Shown piece by piece: positions 38,393 to 48,612 of a stretch of 64,000 nt of DNA. The position numbers were made by a program, and so were the translations under genes. Source of the DNA: an uncultured Acidimicrobiaceae bacterium (GTDB lineage: Bacteria > Actinomycetota > Acidimicrobiia > Acidimicrobiales > Ilumatobacteraceae); NCBI GenBank assembly GCA_963732585.1, contig CAVSZY010000007.1, positions 98,807 to 162,806 of the forward strand, read 5' to 3'. Positions within the stretch are counted from its first letter, which is position 1, and the number at the start of each line of letters is the position of its first letter. The notes under the pieces are model-generated. The model was not told where the DNA came from. It saw only the letters and a list, made by a program, of their open reading frames with translations, and searched no databases.

Positions 38393-41130
38393 TCAGACGA
38401 TGTAGGGGTCGACGCGAGTCGGGCGTCGATGTCGTAGCGCTTGACGGCATCGCTCGACCCGGTCCGCGCCGATCTTGCCCTGGGCCAACAGCGCTGACAA
38501 GGTGGCAACAACGACGTGACCGGTGTCGACTCGAAGTGGCGGCGCAATGCCTCGCGGGTGTCCGAGCGGCCCATGCCGTCGGTGCCCAATGGCACGAAGT
38601 GATGGTTCGGCAGGAATCGCGCGATCTGCTCTGGCACGATCTTCATGAAGTCGGAGACGGCGATGATCGGCCCCTGCGCCTGGCCGAGCAGCTCGAGTCA
38701 CCCGCGGCACCTGTGGATTGGCCGAGGGGTGCATGCGATTCCACCGCTCGCTGGCTAGCGCGTCTTCGCGCAAGCACCTTGTACGAGGTCGCCGACCACA
38801 GTTCGGCGCCGACGCCGTAATGCTCGAGCAGCTCTGACGCGGCGCTGACGGGCCGCGGTGTGCGCCGATCCGGAGAACAGACATGGTGGCTTGACAGCTG
38901 CGCCTCTGGTGCGCTCCTGCCAGCGGTATAGGCCGCCGAGGATTTCCGCCTCGATCGTCGCCCGCTCTGGCATTGCCGGCATCGGGTAGTTCTCGTTGTA
39001 CAAGGTGATGTAGTAGAAGACGTCATCGTTGGCGGCGCCGTACATCCGCTGCAACCCGGCCTTGACGATCGAGGCGACTTCATAGGCAAACGCTGGATCG
39101 TACGATCTGGCACGGCGGGAACCGTGCTGGCCAAGACCAGCGAATGGCCGTCTTGGTGCTGCAGGCCTTCGCCCATCAGCGTCGTGCGCCCGGCGGTAGC
39201 GCCGAGCAGGAAACCCTTGGCACGGGCGTCGGCGGCCTGCCAGATCAGGTCGCCGACCCGCTGGAATCCGAACATCGAATAGAAGGTGTAGAACGGCACC
39301 ATCGGCACGCCACGAGTGGCGTAGGCCGTGCCAGCGGCGATGAAGCTGGACAACGACCCGGCTTCGGTGATGCCCTCTTCCAAGATCTGGCCATCGGTGG
39401 CTTCGGCGTAGGAGAGCAACATGTCGTGGTCGACGGGCTCGTACTTCTGGCCTTGCGAGGCGTAGATCTTCAACTCGCGAAACAGTGAGTCCATGCCGAA
39501 GGTGCGGGCCTCGTCGGGAATGATCGGTACGATCGCGTTCGCCGATCTGGCTATCACGGGCCGAGGTTGCGCAGCAGGCGGGTGAAGCCCATGGTGGTCG
39601 ATGACTTCTTGGGCGCCGGAGCCGCCGGTCAACTCGCTGAAGCAGCTGTCCGGGGGCATCAAGATCGGGCGGCGATTGCGTGGTCACCCGCTGCGGAATG
39701 CTGCCACCAAGGCCGCGTCGACGTTGCATCATGTACTGGTACTCGGCGCTGTCGGGCTGGAGGGCGGAAGTACGGCGTGTCGTTGCCGTCGAAGGCGCTG
39801 TCGGGGATTTCGTCGCTCGAGGAACAGCCGGTCGCGCAGCACCATCAGTTGCTCGCTTGGTCGAGCTTCTTGATCTGGTGTGTGGCGTTGCGGCCCTCCA
39901 CCGAAGGTCCGAGCGTCCAGCCCTTGATGGTCTTGCACAGGATCGCCGTCGGCGCGCCCGACCCGAGGTTGTCGGTGGCGGCCTTGTAGGCGGCATACAA
40001 CTTGCGGTAATCGTGGCCGCCGCGGGGCAGGTTGCGCAGGTCGTCGTCGCTCAGATCGGCGACCAGTTGGCGCAGGCGCGGGTCGGGCCCAAAGAAGTCT
40101 TCACGGATGTAGTTGCCGTCCTCGACGGAGTAGCGCTGGAACTGTCCGTCGACGGTGTTGTTCATCTGGTTGAGCAACACGCCGTCTTTGTCGTTGGCCA
40201 AAAGGCCGTCCCACTTCGAACCCCAGATGACCTTGATCACGTTCCAGCCAGCCCCGCGGAACACCGCTTCGAGCTCTTGGATGACCTTGCCGTTGCCACG
40301 CACCGGACCATCGAGGCGCTGCAGGTTGCAGTTGACGACGAAGATCAAGTTGTCGAGCTTCTCCCTGCTGGCCAGCGAGAGGGCACCAAGTGTTTCTGGC
40401 TCGTCGCACTCACCGTCGCCGAGAAAGCCCCATACCCGACTTTGGCTGGTGTCATCGAGGCGTCGATTGTGCATGTAACGGTTGAAGCGGGCGTGATACA
40501 GCGCGGTCAATGGCCCAAGGCCCATGCTGACCGTGGGAAACTCCCAAAAGTCGGGCATCAGGCGCGGGTGCGGATAACTGCTCAGCCCGCGCCCGGTGCG
40601 GCCGATCTCTTGGCGGAAGTGGTCGAGATCGTCCTCGCTCAAGCGGCCTTCCAGAAAGGCGCGAGCGTAGATACCCGGCGCCGCATGACCTTGGAAGTAG
40701 ACGTGGTCGCCGTTGTTGCCATCGTCCTTGCCACGGAAGAAGTGGTTGAAGCCAATCTCGTACAAGCTGGCACTGCTGGCGAATGTGCTCAGGTGGCCGC
40801 CGATTCCTTCTGCCTGCTTGTTGGCCTTGACGACCATCATCGCCGCGTTCCAGCGGATGTAGGCCCGCACCCGCTGCTCCAGATAGCTGTCGCCGGGGAA
40901 CCACGGCTCGCTCTCGCGCGGGATGGTGTTGACATAGGGGGTGCTCACCGTGGCCGGGAAGCTGACCTGGCTCTCGCGAGCCCGTTCGAGCAACTTGCTG
41001 AGCAGGAACCGGGCTCGGGTCTTGCCGTGCATATCGACCACGCATCGAGGCTGTCGAGCCACTCCTGGGTTTCCAGCGGGTCGGTATCGGGAAGTTGGTT
41101 GACGAAGCCGTCGAAGATCATGGCAGCCAT
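38393..41130 (-). pseudogene. aceE: pyruvate dehydrogenase E1 component (homodimeric AceE type), many frameshifts
   Basis: AceE sequence runs across all three minus-strand frames. Segments: [26 protein letters not shown] / [12 protein letters not shown]...GDGECDEPE...THQIKKL / IPDSAFDGNDTPYF / LQPDSAEYQYMMQRR / [15 protein letters not shown]...[11 protein letters not shown] / [11 protein letters not shown]... / VPLGTDGMGRSDTREALRRHFE. Confidence 0.8.
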
Positions 41131-41238
41131 TGTGTCAGCAATCCGTCGCACTGCACGCGGCTATCTGCAGGAGAAATATCGCGATGTGGCAACCGACCAT
41201 CAGAGAACCCGGCTATCGCCCCGAATCGAGTCGTGCCC

Positions 41239-41715
41239 ATGGCAAGATCGAAGGTGACAGAAGTCTATACCGATGGTGCCTGCGCCGGCAATCCAGGTCC
41301 CGGCGGATGGGCGTGGGCCGTTGCTCCGAATGGGTCGCCCGCGGGCAGCGGCGGTGCCGTGCACACCACCAATCAACGAATGGAAGTACAAGCGGTGCTC
41401 GAGGCGCTGCGGGCACTCGATGGCGAGATCACGATCTGTCCGATAGCACCTACGTCGTCAACTGTTTCAACCAGAACTGGTGGCGCAAGTGGGAGCGCAA
41501 CGGTTGGGTGAACTCGCAGCGTAAACCGGTGGCCAATACCGATCTGTGGATGCCGCTGATCGAATGTGGTCAAAGAGCGCCAACCGGCCTTTCGGTGGGT
41601 GAAAGGCCACAGCGGCAACCGATGAACGACCTCGTCGACCGCCTCGCCGTCGCGCCAGCAAGGTTCGCAACCCGCGCAGCAACCGCGGTACCCCGGAGAA
41701 CCGCACCTGTTCTAA
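41239..41715 (+). pseudogene. rnhA: ribonuclease HI, frameshifted (3-prime end uncertain)
   Basis: VYTDGACAGNPGPGGWAWAV..TTNQRMEVQAVLEAL in one frame, SDSTYVVNCFNQNWWRKWERNGW in a second, FRWVKGHSGN in a third, then MNDLVDRLAV. Confidence 0.7.
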
Positions 41716-41786
41716 CCCTCCACCCTGTCCGTCGCACTCGCCGACTCGCCGACTCCGCGCTCGGCGACGAAATGACTGCGCTGTTC

Positions 41787-42989
41787 TCAGTGAGAACTCG
41801 GACGCTCAGGTGTGTAGTCGGCGTTGATGCGGATGTAGCCGTCGGTCAGGTCGCAACCCCACACGGTCGCCGCGGCGGCGCCGGTTCCCAAGCTGACATG
41901 AATCCGCACGGAATCGCTGGCCAAGTAGTCGCTGAGCGCGGCCAGTCCATCGGCATCGACCGACGAGGGGAAGCACTCTTGCGTCGCCGAATCGGATGAT
42001 GACATTGTCGCTCGACGATGTCGGATATCATCGCTGCATTTGCCGATCGCCATCGCCACCCGGCCCCAGTTCGGGTCGGCACCGTGCACCGCGGTCTTGA
42101 CCAGCGGCGAGTTGACGATGGCCTTGGCCACGACCTTCGCTTGGCTTGCGTTGGCGGCACCGTCGACGCACACCTCGATCAGGGTTTCGGCGCCTTCGCC
42201 GTCACGGGCGACCTGATTGGTGAGGCTGACCAACACCGTTTCCAGCGCCACTTCGAATGACGCGACGGCGACGGCACCGGCGGCACCGCTGGCCAGAATG
42301 ATCGCCGTGTCACTCGTCGAGGTGTCGGTGTCGATCGAGACACAGTTCAGCTGCGATCGATCACCCGCCGAAAGATCTCATCGAGCGTCGGACCGTCGAT
42401 GTCGGCATCGGTGAACACCAAGCGAGATCAGCGTGGCCATGTTCGGCTCGATCATCCCGACGCCTTTGGCAACGCCGACGACGGACGCCGCCGATCCGGC
42501 GACGGTTGCCGAGGCGGCCTTGCGGACCGTGTCGGTGGTCATGATCCCCTCCGCCACGGCGTCGGCGTCGGCTTGCGCATCATCGGCGAACGGGTAGCGA
42601 ATCTGTTCGAGCCCACGGCGTACCCGGTCCATCGGGTAGTGGCGACCAATGACGCCTGTGGAGGCAATCAGTACCTCGTCGTCCCCGCAGCCGATTGCTG
42701 CGGCCACCCCGGCGACGACCTCGGCGGCATTGCGCAGGCCCTCATCGCCGGTGGCGACGTTGGCGTTCTTGGAGATCACCACCACGGCCCTGGCCTGATG
42801 GTTTGCGCTGTGCGACCTGCTGACAACCACGCTTGGCCCAGCGAATCGGCTTTGGGTGAACACTGCGGCGCAGGTGGCTGGCCGATCGGCGGCGACGAGC
42901 ACGAAGTCCTTGGTCTGGTCTTTGATCCCGATATTGGTGACCATGGCGTTGAAACCCGCAGGGAGCCGCAGGGTGGTGCTGTCCGACAT
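41787..42989 (-). pseudogene. argJ: bifunctional glutamate N-acetyltransferase/amino-acid acetyltransferase, frameshifted
   Basis: N-terminal half is ORF 42378..42989 (VGVAKGVGMIEPNMATL). The middle is in another frame, C-terminal part is ORF 41787..42251 (VARDGEGAETLIEV...NSPLVKTAVHGADPNWGR...GYIRINADYT). Confidence 0.8.
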
Positions 42990-43030
42990 GTGCTTCAGGC
43001 TAGACGTCGATGGAGCGTCACCGATATGCG

Positions 43031-43492
43031 TTAGTTCAGGCTGGCGATGCGTCCGAGTTTGGAGCCGATTGCCAAAAAGGCGTCTCCGAGAACGTCGAGT
43101 TGCTCGGCTGTCAAACAGTCGATGAAGTGTCGACGAACGCTGTCGACATGGGTGGGGACGGCACCTTCCAATTTCGTCATGCCTTCCGGCGTCAGATGGG
43201 CCAGCGTGACCCGCCGATCATGTGAACTCGGCATCCGTTCGACATGGCCGGAACGCACCAGGCCATCCAGGCGTCGGGTGAGGCCACTCGGCGACAGGCC
43301 AAGCAGGTCGGAGAGATCGCACATCCGCCGACATTGATCCGGTGACTCGGAGAGGATGACGAGCACCTCGTAATCGCCATAACTGAGGCCGAACTCGGCA
43401 AGGTCGTGCTCCATGGCACCGTTCAGCGGGCCGCGAGCCTCGGCAAAGGCCCGCCACGCCCGCCGTTCGCGCTCGTTTAGCCACTGTGTCAT
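43031..43492 (-). CDS. MarR-family transcriptional regulator
   Basis: Track ORF trimmed to the ATG at 43492. LSYGDYEVLVILSE..MCDLSDLLGLSPSGLTRRLDGLVRSGHVER..DRRV winged-helix pattern. Confidence 0.8.
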   Translation of the reverse strand: MTQWLNERERRAWRAFAEARGPLNGAMEHDLAEFGLSYGDYEVLVILSESPDQCRRMCDLSDLLGLSPSGLTRRLDGLVRSGHVERMPSSHDRRVTLAHLTPEGMTKLEGAVPTHVDSVRRHFIDCLTAEQLDVLGDAFLAIGSKLGRIASLN

Positions 43493-43794
43493 GTCGCCGA
43501 TTGTACTGACCGGCTCGCTCGACGCGTCGGCACAAAAGTCCGAACATTCGGAAAATACTCGTCTGAGCGCTGGGATGAGGCAGCATGAGTGACGAATGTC
43601 ACTCCCGAGTGTCACGCGGCGCTGCTCTCGATCACGACCATCGCGCTGTAGTCGCCTGGCCACGGATAGAAGCGCGACTGGGTGCTGTGACGACTGAATC
43701 CATCGTCGAGTTGCGTCTCGCTCGCGGATCGCGTCGGCGGACTTGCTAGTCAGCTGATCTGATTTGTCCGGCAGCGAGTTCGACTGTTGTCTCA

Positions 43795-45028
43795 GTGAGT
43801 AGTGAGGCGTCGAATGATCACTTAGGTTCGTCCACCGTGACTTTCCCGGCCTGCAGCTTCGACAAGCGATTCCAATCAACGGTGAGTGAACCGATCGAGC
43901 GTTTCTTGGCCTCGGGCCAAGCGGCGACGCCATTCGTCGTCGTCGATGTCGACCGGGTCGAGGAGCGTTACCACAGCCTGTCGGCGGCCTTGCCACAGGC
44001 GCGGATCTACTACGCGGTGAAGGCCAACCCGGGAGCGCCGATCCTGCAGCGTTTGCAGGCGGTCGGCTCGGCTTTCGACGTGGCTAGCCCGAACGAGATC
44101 GATCAGTGTTTGGCGGCGGGAGCCCGTGCCGAAGACATCTCCTACGGCAACACGATCAAGAAGCGCCGCGACATCGCCTATGCCGCGTTCCTCGGCGTGC
44201 GTCGTTTCACGGTCGATTGCGAAGTCGAGCTTCGCAAGGTCTTCGACTGCGTTCCCGACGCCTCGATCTGTGTGCGGCTACGGCATGAATGCGCGGGTGC
44301 CGACTGGCCGCTGTCGCGCAAATTCGGTTGTGACGCGGCCGAGGTCGAGAACCTGCTGGTATTGGCCAGTTCGCTCGGCTTGGAGTGCGGCGTGTCGTTC
44401 CATGTCGGCTCGCAGCAGCGCGATCTCGACGCCTGGAGCAGTTCCTTGGAGGTCGTTGCCGAGGTGTTCCAGCGCGCTGCTGCACGTGGCGCGACGCCGT
44501 CGTTCGTCAACCTCGGTGGCGGCTTTCCTGGCACCTATCGCGAGGGAGTGCCCGGAATTGAGTCCTACGGCCAGGCGGTGATGACGGCCCTGCAGACGTG
44601 GTTCCCCGAGGGCGTCGCTGGCCAGCCTTTGGAGGTGATGGTCGAACCCGGCCGTTACATGGTCGCTGATGCCGGGGTGCTCGCGCGCTGAGGTGATTCT
44701 CGTCTCCCGACGCTCGCCGTTGGACACCGAACGTTGGGTGTACCTCGACTGCGGCAAGTTCCATGGTCTCGCTGAGACGATGGACGAGGCGATTCGTTAT
44801 CGCCTGCGGACACGCCATGACGGCGGCCCGACCGGGCCGGTGGCCATCGCTGGACCGACCTGTGATTCGGCCGATGTGCTCTATGAGAAAAGCAGCTACG
44901 AGCTGCCACTCGCTCTTGACGAAGGCGACGTCGTCGATGTGCTCTCCGCTGGGGCGTACACGACGACCTATAGCAGCGTGGCCTTCAACGGTTTCGAGCC
45001 GCTCGCCGAGCACTTCGTTTCAGCCTGA
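43795..45028 (+). pseudogene. type III PLP-dependent decarboxylase (ornithine/DAP decarboxylase family), one frameshift
   Basis: ORF 43795..44691 (YYAVKANP, FDVASPNE, HVGSQ, GGGFP) continues in ORF 44669..45028 (GPTCDSADVL, AGAYT). Frame switch at about 44677-44690. Confidence 0.75.
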
Positions 45029-45105
45029 GTGCGGTCGCGCCGCCCGCTCGTGCGAGCGCCTTCGCCCCACGCAGTACAGTGCCGCGCGTCGAAGGAGGAC
45101 GAAAC

Positions 45106-45726
45106 ATGGACATGTGGACCCAAATCGAGGCTGGCCGCGAGGCATTCGCCGATTACCTTGACGGGCTCTCGCCCGATGATTGGAACAAACAATCGCTGTG
45201 CGCCGACTGGACGGTCAAAGAGGTGGCCGCGCATATGTTGGTGATCCCGACGATGAGCAAAGGACAGGTCTTCACATCGTTCTTGCGGTCGGGATTCAAC
45301 CTCAACAAGATGAACGCAGCCCTTGTTCGGTCGATCACATCGCGCCTTTCCGGCGCCGACATCGCCCAGGCGACGCGCAGTTCGGCGGGTTCGCGCTCGA
45401 TGCCCCCTGGGCTCAAGCTGCCAGGCCTGTTGACCGAGCTGGCGGTCCATAGCGCCGACGTCGCTGACGGTGTCGGCAGCGAGTTCGCCCTCGCCCCCAC
45501 GGATTACACGATGGTCCTCGACCATCTGAAGCTGACCCAGCCGGTCTTCGGCTCGAAGCAACGTATCGCCGGACTGACGCTGCGAGCCGTCGACAGCGAA
45601 TGGGAGACCGGATCTGGGCCGACGGTCGAAGGGACGGCGCGTAACCTGGTGATGGCAGTTGCCGGTCGGCCGTCGGCATATGAGCGCCTGTCGGGCGACG
45701 GCGTCAGCGCAATGCGTTCTCGCTAA
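45106..45726 (+). CDS. DinB/maleylpyruvate-isomerase-N-terminal-like (mycothiol-dependent family) protein
   Basis: Trimmed to the ATG at 45106; AFADYLDGLSPDDWNKQSLCADWTVKEVAAHM pattern. Confidence 0.6.
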   Translation: MDMWTQIEAGREAFADYLDGLSPDDWNKQSLCADWTVKEVAAHMLVIPTMSKGQVFTSFLRSGFNLNKMNAALVRSITSRLSGADIAQATRSSAGSRSMPPGLKLPGLLTELAVHSADVADGVGSEFALAPTDYTMVLDHLKLTQPVFGSKQRIAGLTLRAVDSEWETGSGPTVEGTARNLVMAVAGRPSAYERLSGDGVSAMRSR

Positions 45727-46628
45727 CGGCCCGTCGGCTTCTCGAGCAGGTGGCGAAGCGCACCTTCCAACACCGGGAAGCCAAATTGAAAACCGTCGTC
45801 GCTGAGCCGCGTCGGCAAGACCCGTTGGCCGGTGAACAGCAGCGCCTCGGCCAGTTCGCCGCCGAGCAGCAACTTGGGTCCAAACTTTGGCACCGGAAAG
45901 AAGGCGGGCCGGTGCAGCACCCGTGCCAACGTGGTTGTCATCTCGGCGTTTGTCACCGGGTTCGGCGCTGTCAGGTTGACCGGACCGTGTAGTGAGCTTT
46001 TGAGCAGGTGTTCCAGCGCTGCGACGTGGTCGTCGATGGCGATCCAGCTCTGCCACTGTTTGCCGTTGCCCATCTTGCCGCCGAGCCCGAAGCGAAACAG
46101 TGGCATCAGCTTGGACAACGCGCCACCCTTGGGCGACAAGACGATGCCGGTACGCAGGAATACTGTGCGCACACCAGCGTCGCTGGCGGGCTGAGCGGCG
46201 ACCTCCCATTGGCAACAGAGGTCGGCAAGAAAATCATTGCCGGCGGGCGAGGCCTCGCTCAGCTGCTCGTCACCGTGCGCGCCGTAATAGCCAATCGCCG
46301 ACCCGCTCAGAAATACCTTGGGAGCCTCGTCCATTTCGGCGATTGTGGTGGCCAGCAGCGAAGTGCTCTTTGTGCGACTTTCCACCAGAATCCGTTTGTA
46401 CTCGTCGCTCCAACGCTTGTCACCAATTCCCGCCCCGGCCAAGTGGACGACGGCGTCTGCGCCGCGCAGCGCGGCATGATCGATCGTGCCGGCGTCGGGA
46501 TCCCAACGCGCTTCGCCCGGTCGAGGAGTGCGCCGCACCAGTCGAACAACCTCGTGATGGTCGTGCTGCAGGCGGTGGGCGAGGGCTGTGCCGATCAGGC
46601 CGCTGGAGCCGGTGAGGATGATGCGCAT
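45723..46628 (-). CDS. TIGR01777/YfcH-like epimerase-family SDR
   Basis: 301 aa; MRIILTGSSGLIGTAL, VVHLAGAGIGDKRWS..YK, C-terminal DUF1731-like region. Confidence 0.75.
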   Translation of the reverse strand: MRIILTGSSGLIGTALAHRLQHDHHEVVRLVRRTPRPGEARWDPDAGTIDHAALRGADAVVHLAGAGIGDKRWSDEYKRILVESRTKSTSLLATTIAEMDEAPKVFLSGSAIGYYGAHGDEQLSEASPAGNDFLADLCCQWEVAAQPASDAGVRTVFLRTGIVLSPKGGALSKLMPLFRFGLGGKMGNGKQWQSWIAIDDHVAALEHLLKSSLHGPVNLTAPNPVTNAEMTTTLARVLHRPAFFPVPKFGPKLLLGGELAEALLFTGQRVLPTRLSDDGFQFGFPVLEGALRHLLEKPTGR

Positions 46629-46698
46629 ATGTGAACATTACGTTGCAGTACCCGTGCATGGACTCAGGAAATTTTGTGAATGGCCGATACTAGGTGAG

Positions 46699-48591
46699 AT
46701 GTCTGAGAACTACGGCGACCCTCGAGTACACCAACCAGGCGAGGCAAGTGCACCGCCGCCCCCGCCGCCGCCACCACCGCCACCGCCACCATCGAGTGGG
46801 CCTTGGCAGGCGCCCTCGACGAGTGCGGTGCAACCGGGCGGCCCGTTGTTCGAGACGCTCTCCGGCCCTCCGCCGATGGGCTCAGTCCCGCCGGTCGCCA
46901 CCGCTTCCCCCGTCGCCCTGCAACCGTCGCCGCAGGCTGCCCCACGTCGCGGGCGTATGATCGTCAGCGTCGTCGGGGTTGGAGCTCTGCTGGCCGCTGG
47001 TGCCTTCGCCTTCACCCAAATGCGCTCCAACGACGGTGGTGCGGCCAGCGCCCAAGAACTTGGCCAGCAGCTGGTCAACGCGATGAACAACGAGGACGCG
47101 CTCGGCGCAGTCGACCTGTTGTTGCCCGGCGAGCGTGAGACCTTCCGCCAGCCGATGATCGACTACGTCGCTGAACTCGCCCGCCTCGACCTGCTTGCCG
47201 AAAACGTCAATCTCAATGACTTCAGCGGCATCGATATCCAGATCGATGCGCCGCAAGTGACCGTTACCCCGACGAACGTCACCGACATCTCGAAGGTGCA
47301 CATCCAGGGTGACGCTCGCGTGATCACCAAGTCTGACGAGCTCCCGATTGGGGAGATCTTCATCGACCGCTATGAGATCGACGATGAAATGCCCGAGGAT
47401 GTCGACGCCGTCGAGCCGCTGGACATGACCTTTGCGGCGGTTGAGAAGGACGGTCGCTGGTACGCGAGCCTGATGTACACCGTGGCCGAAGAGGCGCGCG
47501 GCGACGAGGATGTTCCCCAGAACCCTGTGCAGCCGATCGGTGCCGACAGTCCCGAAGCTGCGATGGATGCGATGATCGCGGCGATCAGCGACCTGCGCGT
47601 CGCCGACATGATCGCCCGCCTCAATCCCAATGAGGCCGAAGCGCTGCAGCGTTACGCCCCGCTCTTCCTCGACGAAGCTCAGGCGACGATCAACGACGAG
47701 ACCGCGAACATGGGCTTTGAGATGTCGATTGACGACACCGAATACAAGGTGTTTGGCGACGGCGATCGGCGCCATGTGCAGATCACCAAGGCACATTTCT
47801 CGGCAAGTGGCGACGGCGAATCGGTCGAGCTCACTTTGGAGGGCAACTGCGTCAAGGGCACGATTGCTGGAGAACCGTTTGAGCAGTGCAGCAACGGCGA
47901 TGGAAGCGAAATCGACGGCCTCATCGAGCAGATGGGCTTCGACGACTCCGACGGCGAGATCCAGCAGTTCATCAACGATCTGACGGCCGCCTTCGCCGAC
48001 ATGGAACCGATCGGGATCACCGTTGCCAAGGTCGGCGACGGTTGGTATGTCAGCCCGATCGGCACCTATTCCGATCTCGGTCTCAGCGTGCTACGGGCGC
48101 TGACCCGCGAAGAACTCGACACCCTGCTCGACAGCGGCGAGGCTGCGGTGGCAGCGATCGGCGACGGCATGTTCGGTTCCTTCGATGAGGAATTTAGCGA
48201 CGATGGCTCGCTGGAGAACTACGACACGTGGACCGATTGCGTCTTTGATGCAGCCGATTCCGCCGCCGGGTCGGCGTGCATCGAGGACAAGATCGCCACT
48301 GGCAACGTCGAGGCCGACTTCGTGCCGGCGCCGTATCGCTACCCCGAATGCGGGCTCTACGAGTACTACGACAGCGATGAGTTGTACAGCGATAGCGGCG
48401 CAGAGTTCTATGCCGCCGTCAGCGGGGCTGCACCGTGCATTCAGCAAGCCGCCGAGGCCGATGGCATGGATCTCAGCTTCATGACCGTCGAACTGCTTAA
48501 GCCGGAGTGCTTCCAGACGATTAATCCGTACAACACCTTCGACGCCGTGCAAGCCGACGTCGATGCTGCGTGGGCCTGCGCCTACGAATGA
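46699..48591 (+). CDS. membrane-anchored acidic protein with N-terminal poly-proline run
   Basis: Trimmed to the ATG at 46699. A 13-residue proline run, single TM (MIVSVVGVGALLAAGAFAF), then a large acidic Cys-containing ectodomain; no family recognised. Confidence 0.55.
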   Translation: MSENYGDPRVHQPGEASAPPPPPPPPPPPPPSSGPWQAPSTSAVQPGGPLFETLSGPPPMGSVPPVATASPVALQPSPQAAPRRGRMIVSVVGVGALLAAGAFAFTQMRSNDGGAASAQELGQQLVNAMNNEDALGAVDLLLPGERETFRQPMIDYVAELARLDLLAENVNLNDFSGIDIQIDAPQVTVTPTNVTDISKVHIQGDARVITKSDELPIGEIFIDRYEIDDEMPEDVDAVEPLDMTFAAVEKDGRWYASLMYTVAEEARGDEDVPQNPVQPIGADSPEAAMDAMIAAISDLRVADMIARLNPNEAEALQRYAPLFLDEAQATINDETANMGFEMSIDDTEYKVFGDGDRRHVQITKAHFSASGDGESVELTLEGNCVKGTIAGEPFEQCSNGDGSEIDGLIEQMGFDDSDGEIQQFINDLTAAFADMEPIGITVAKVGDGWYVSPIGTYSDLGLSVLRALTREELDTLLDSGEAAVAAIGDGMFGSFDEEFSDDGSLENYDTWTDCVFDAADSAAGSACIEDKIATGNVEADFVPAPYRYPECGLYEYYDSDELYSDSGAEFYAAVSGAAPCIQQAAEADGMDLSFMTVELLKPECFQTINPYNTFDAVQADVDAAWACAYE

Positions 48592-48612
48592 GCATTTCAG
48601 GGTGCTCGGTGC

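Noticed and set aside
46740-46800. The CCG/CCA-rich tract (poly-Pro codons) and the GC-rich Ala/Pro tracts at about 51540-51700 and 51850-52000, considered as tandem DNA repeats or CRISPR-like arrays.
   Set aside because: They lie in frame inside coding sequences (the Pro run of 46699-48591; E2 interdomain linkers). They have no repeat-spacer periodicity and are ordinary low-complexity coding sequence.
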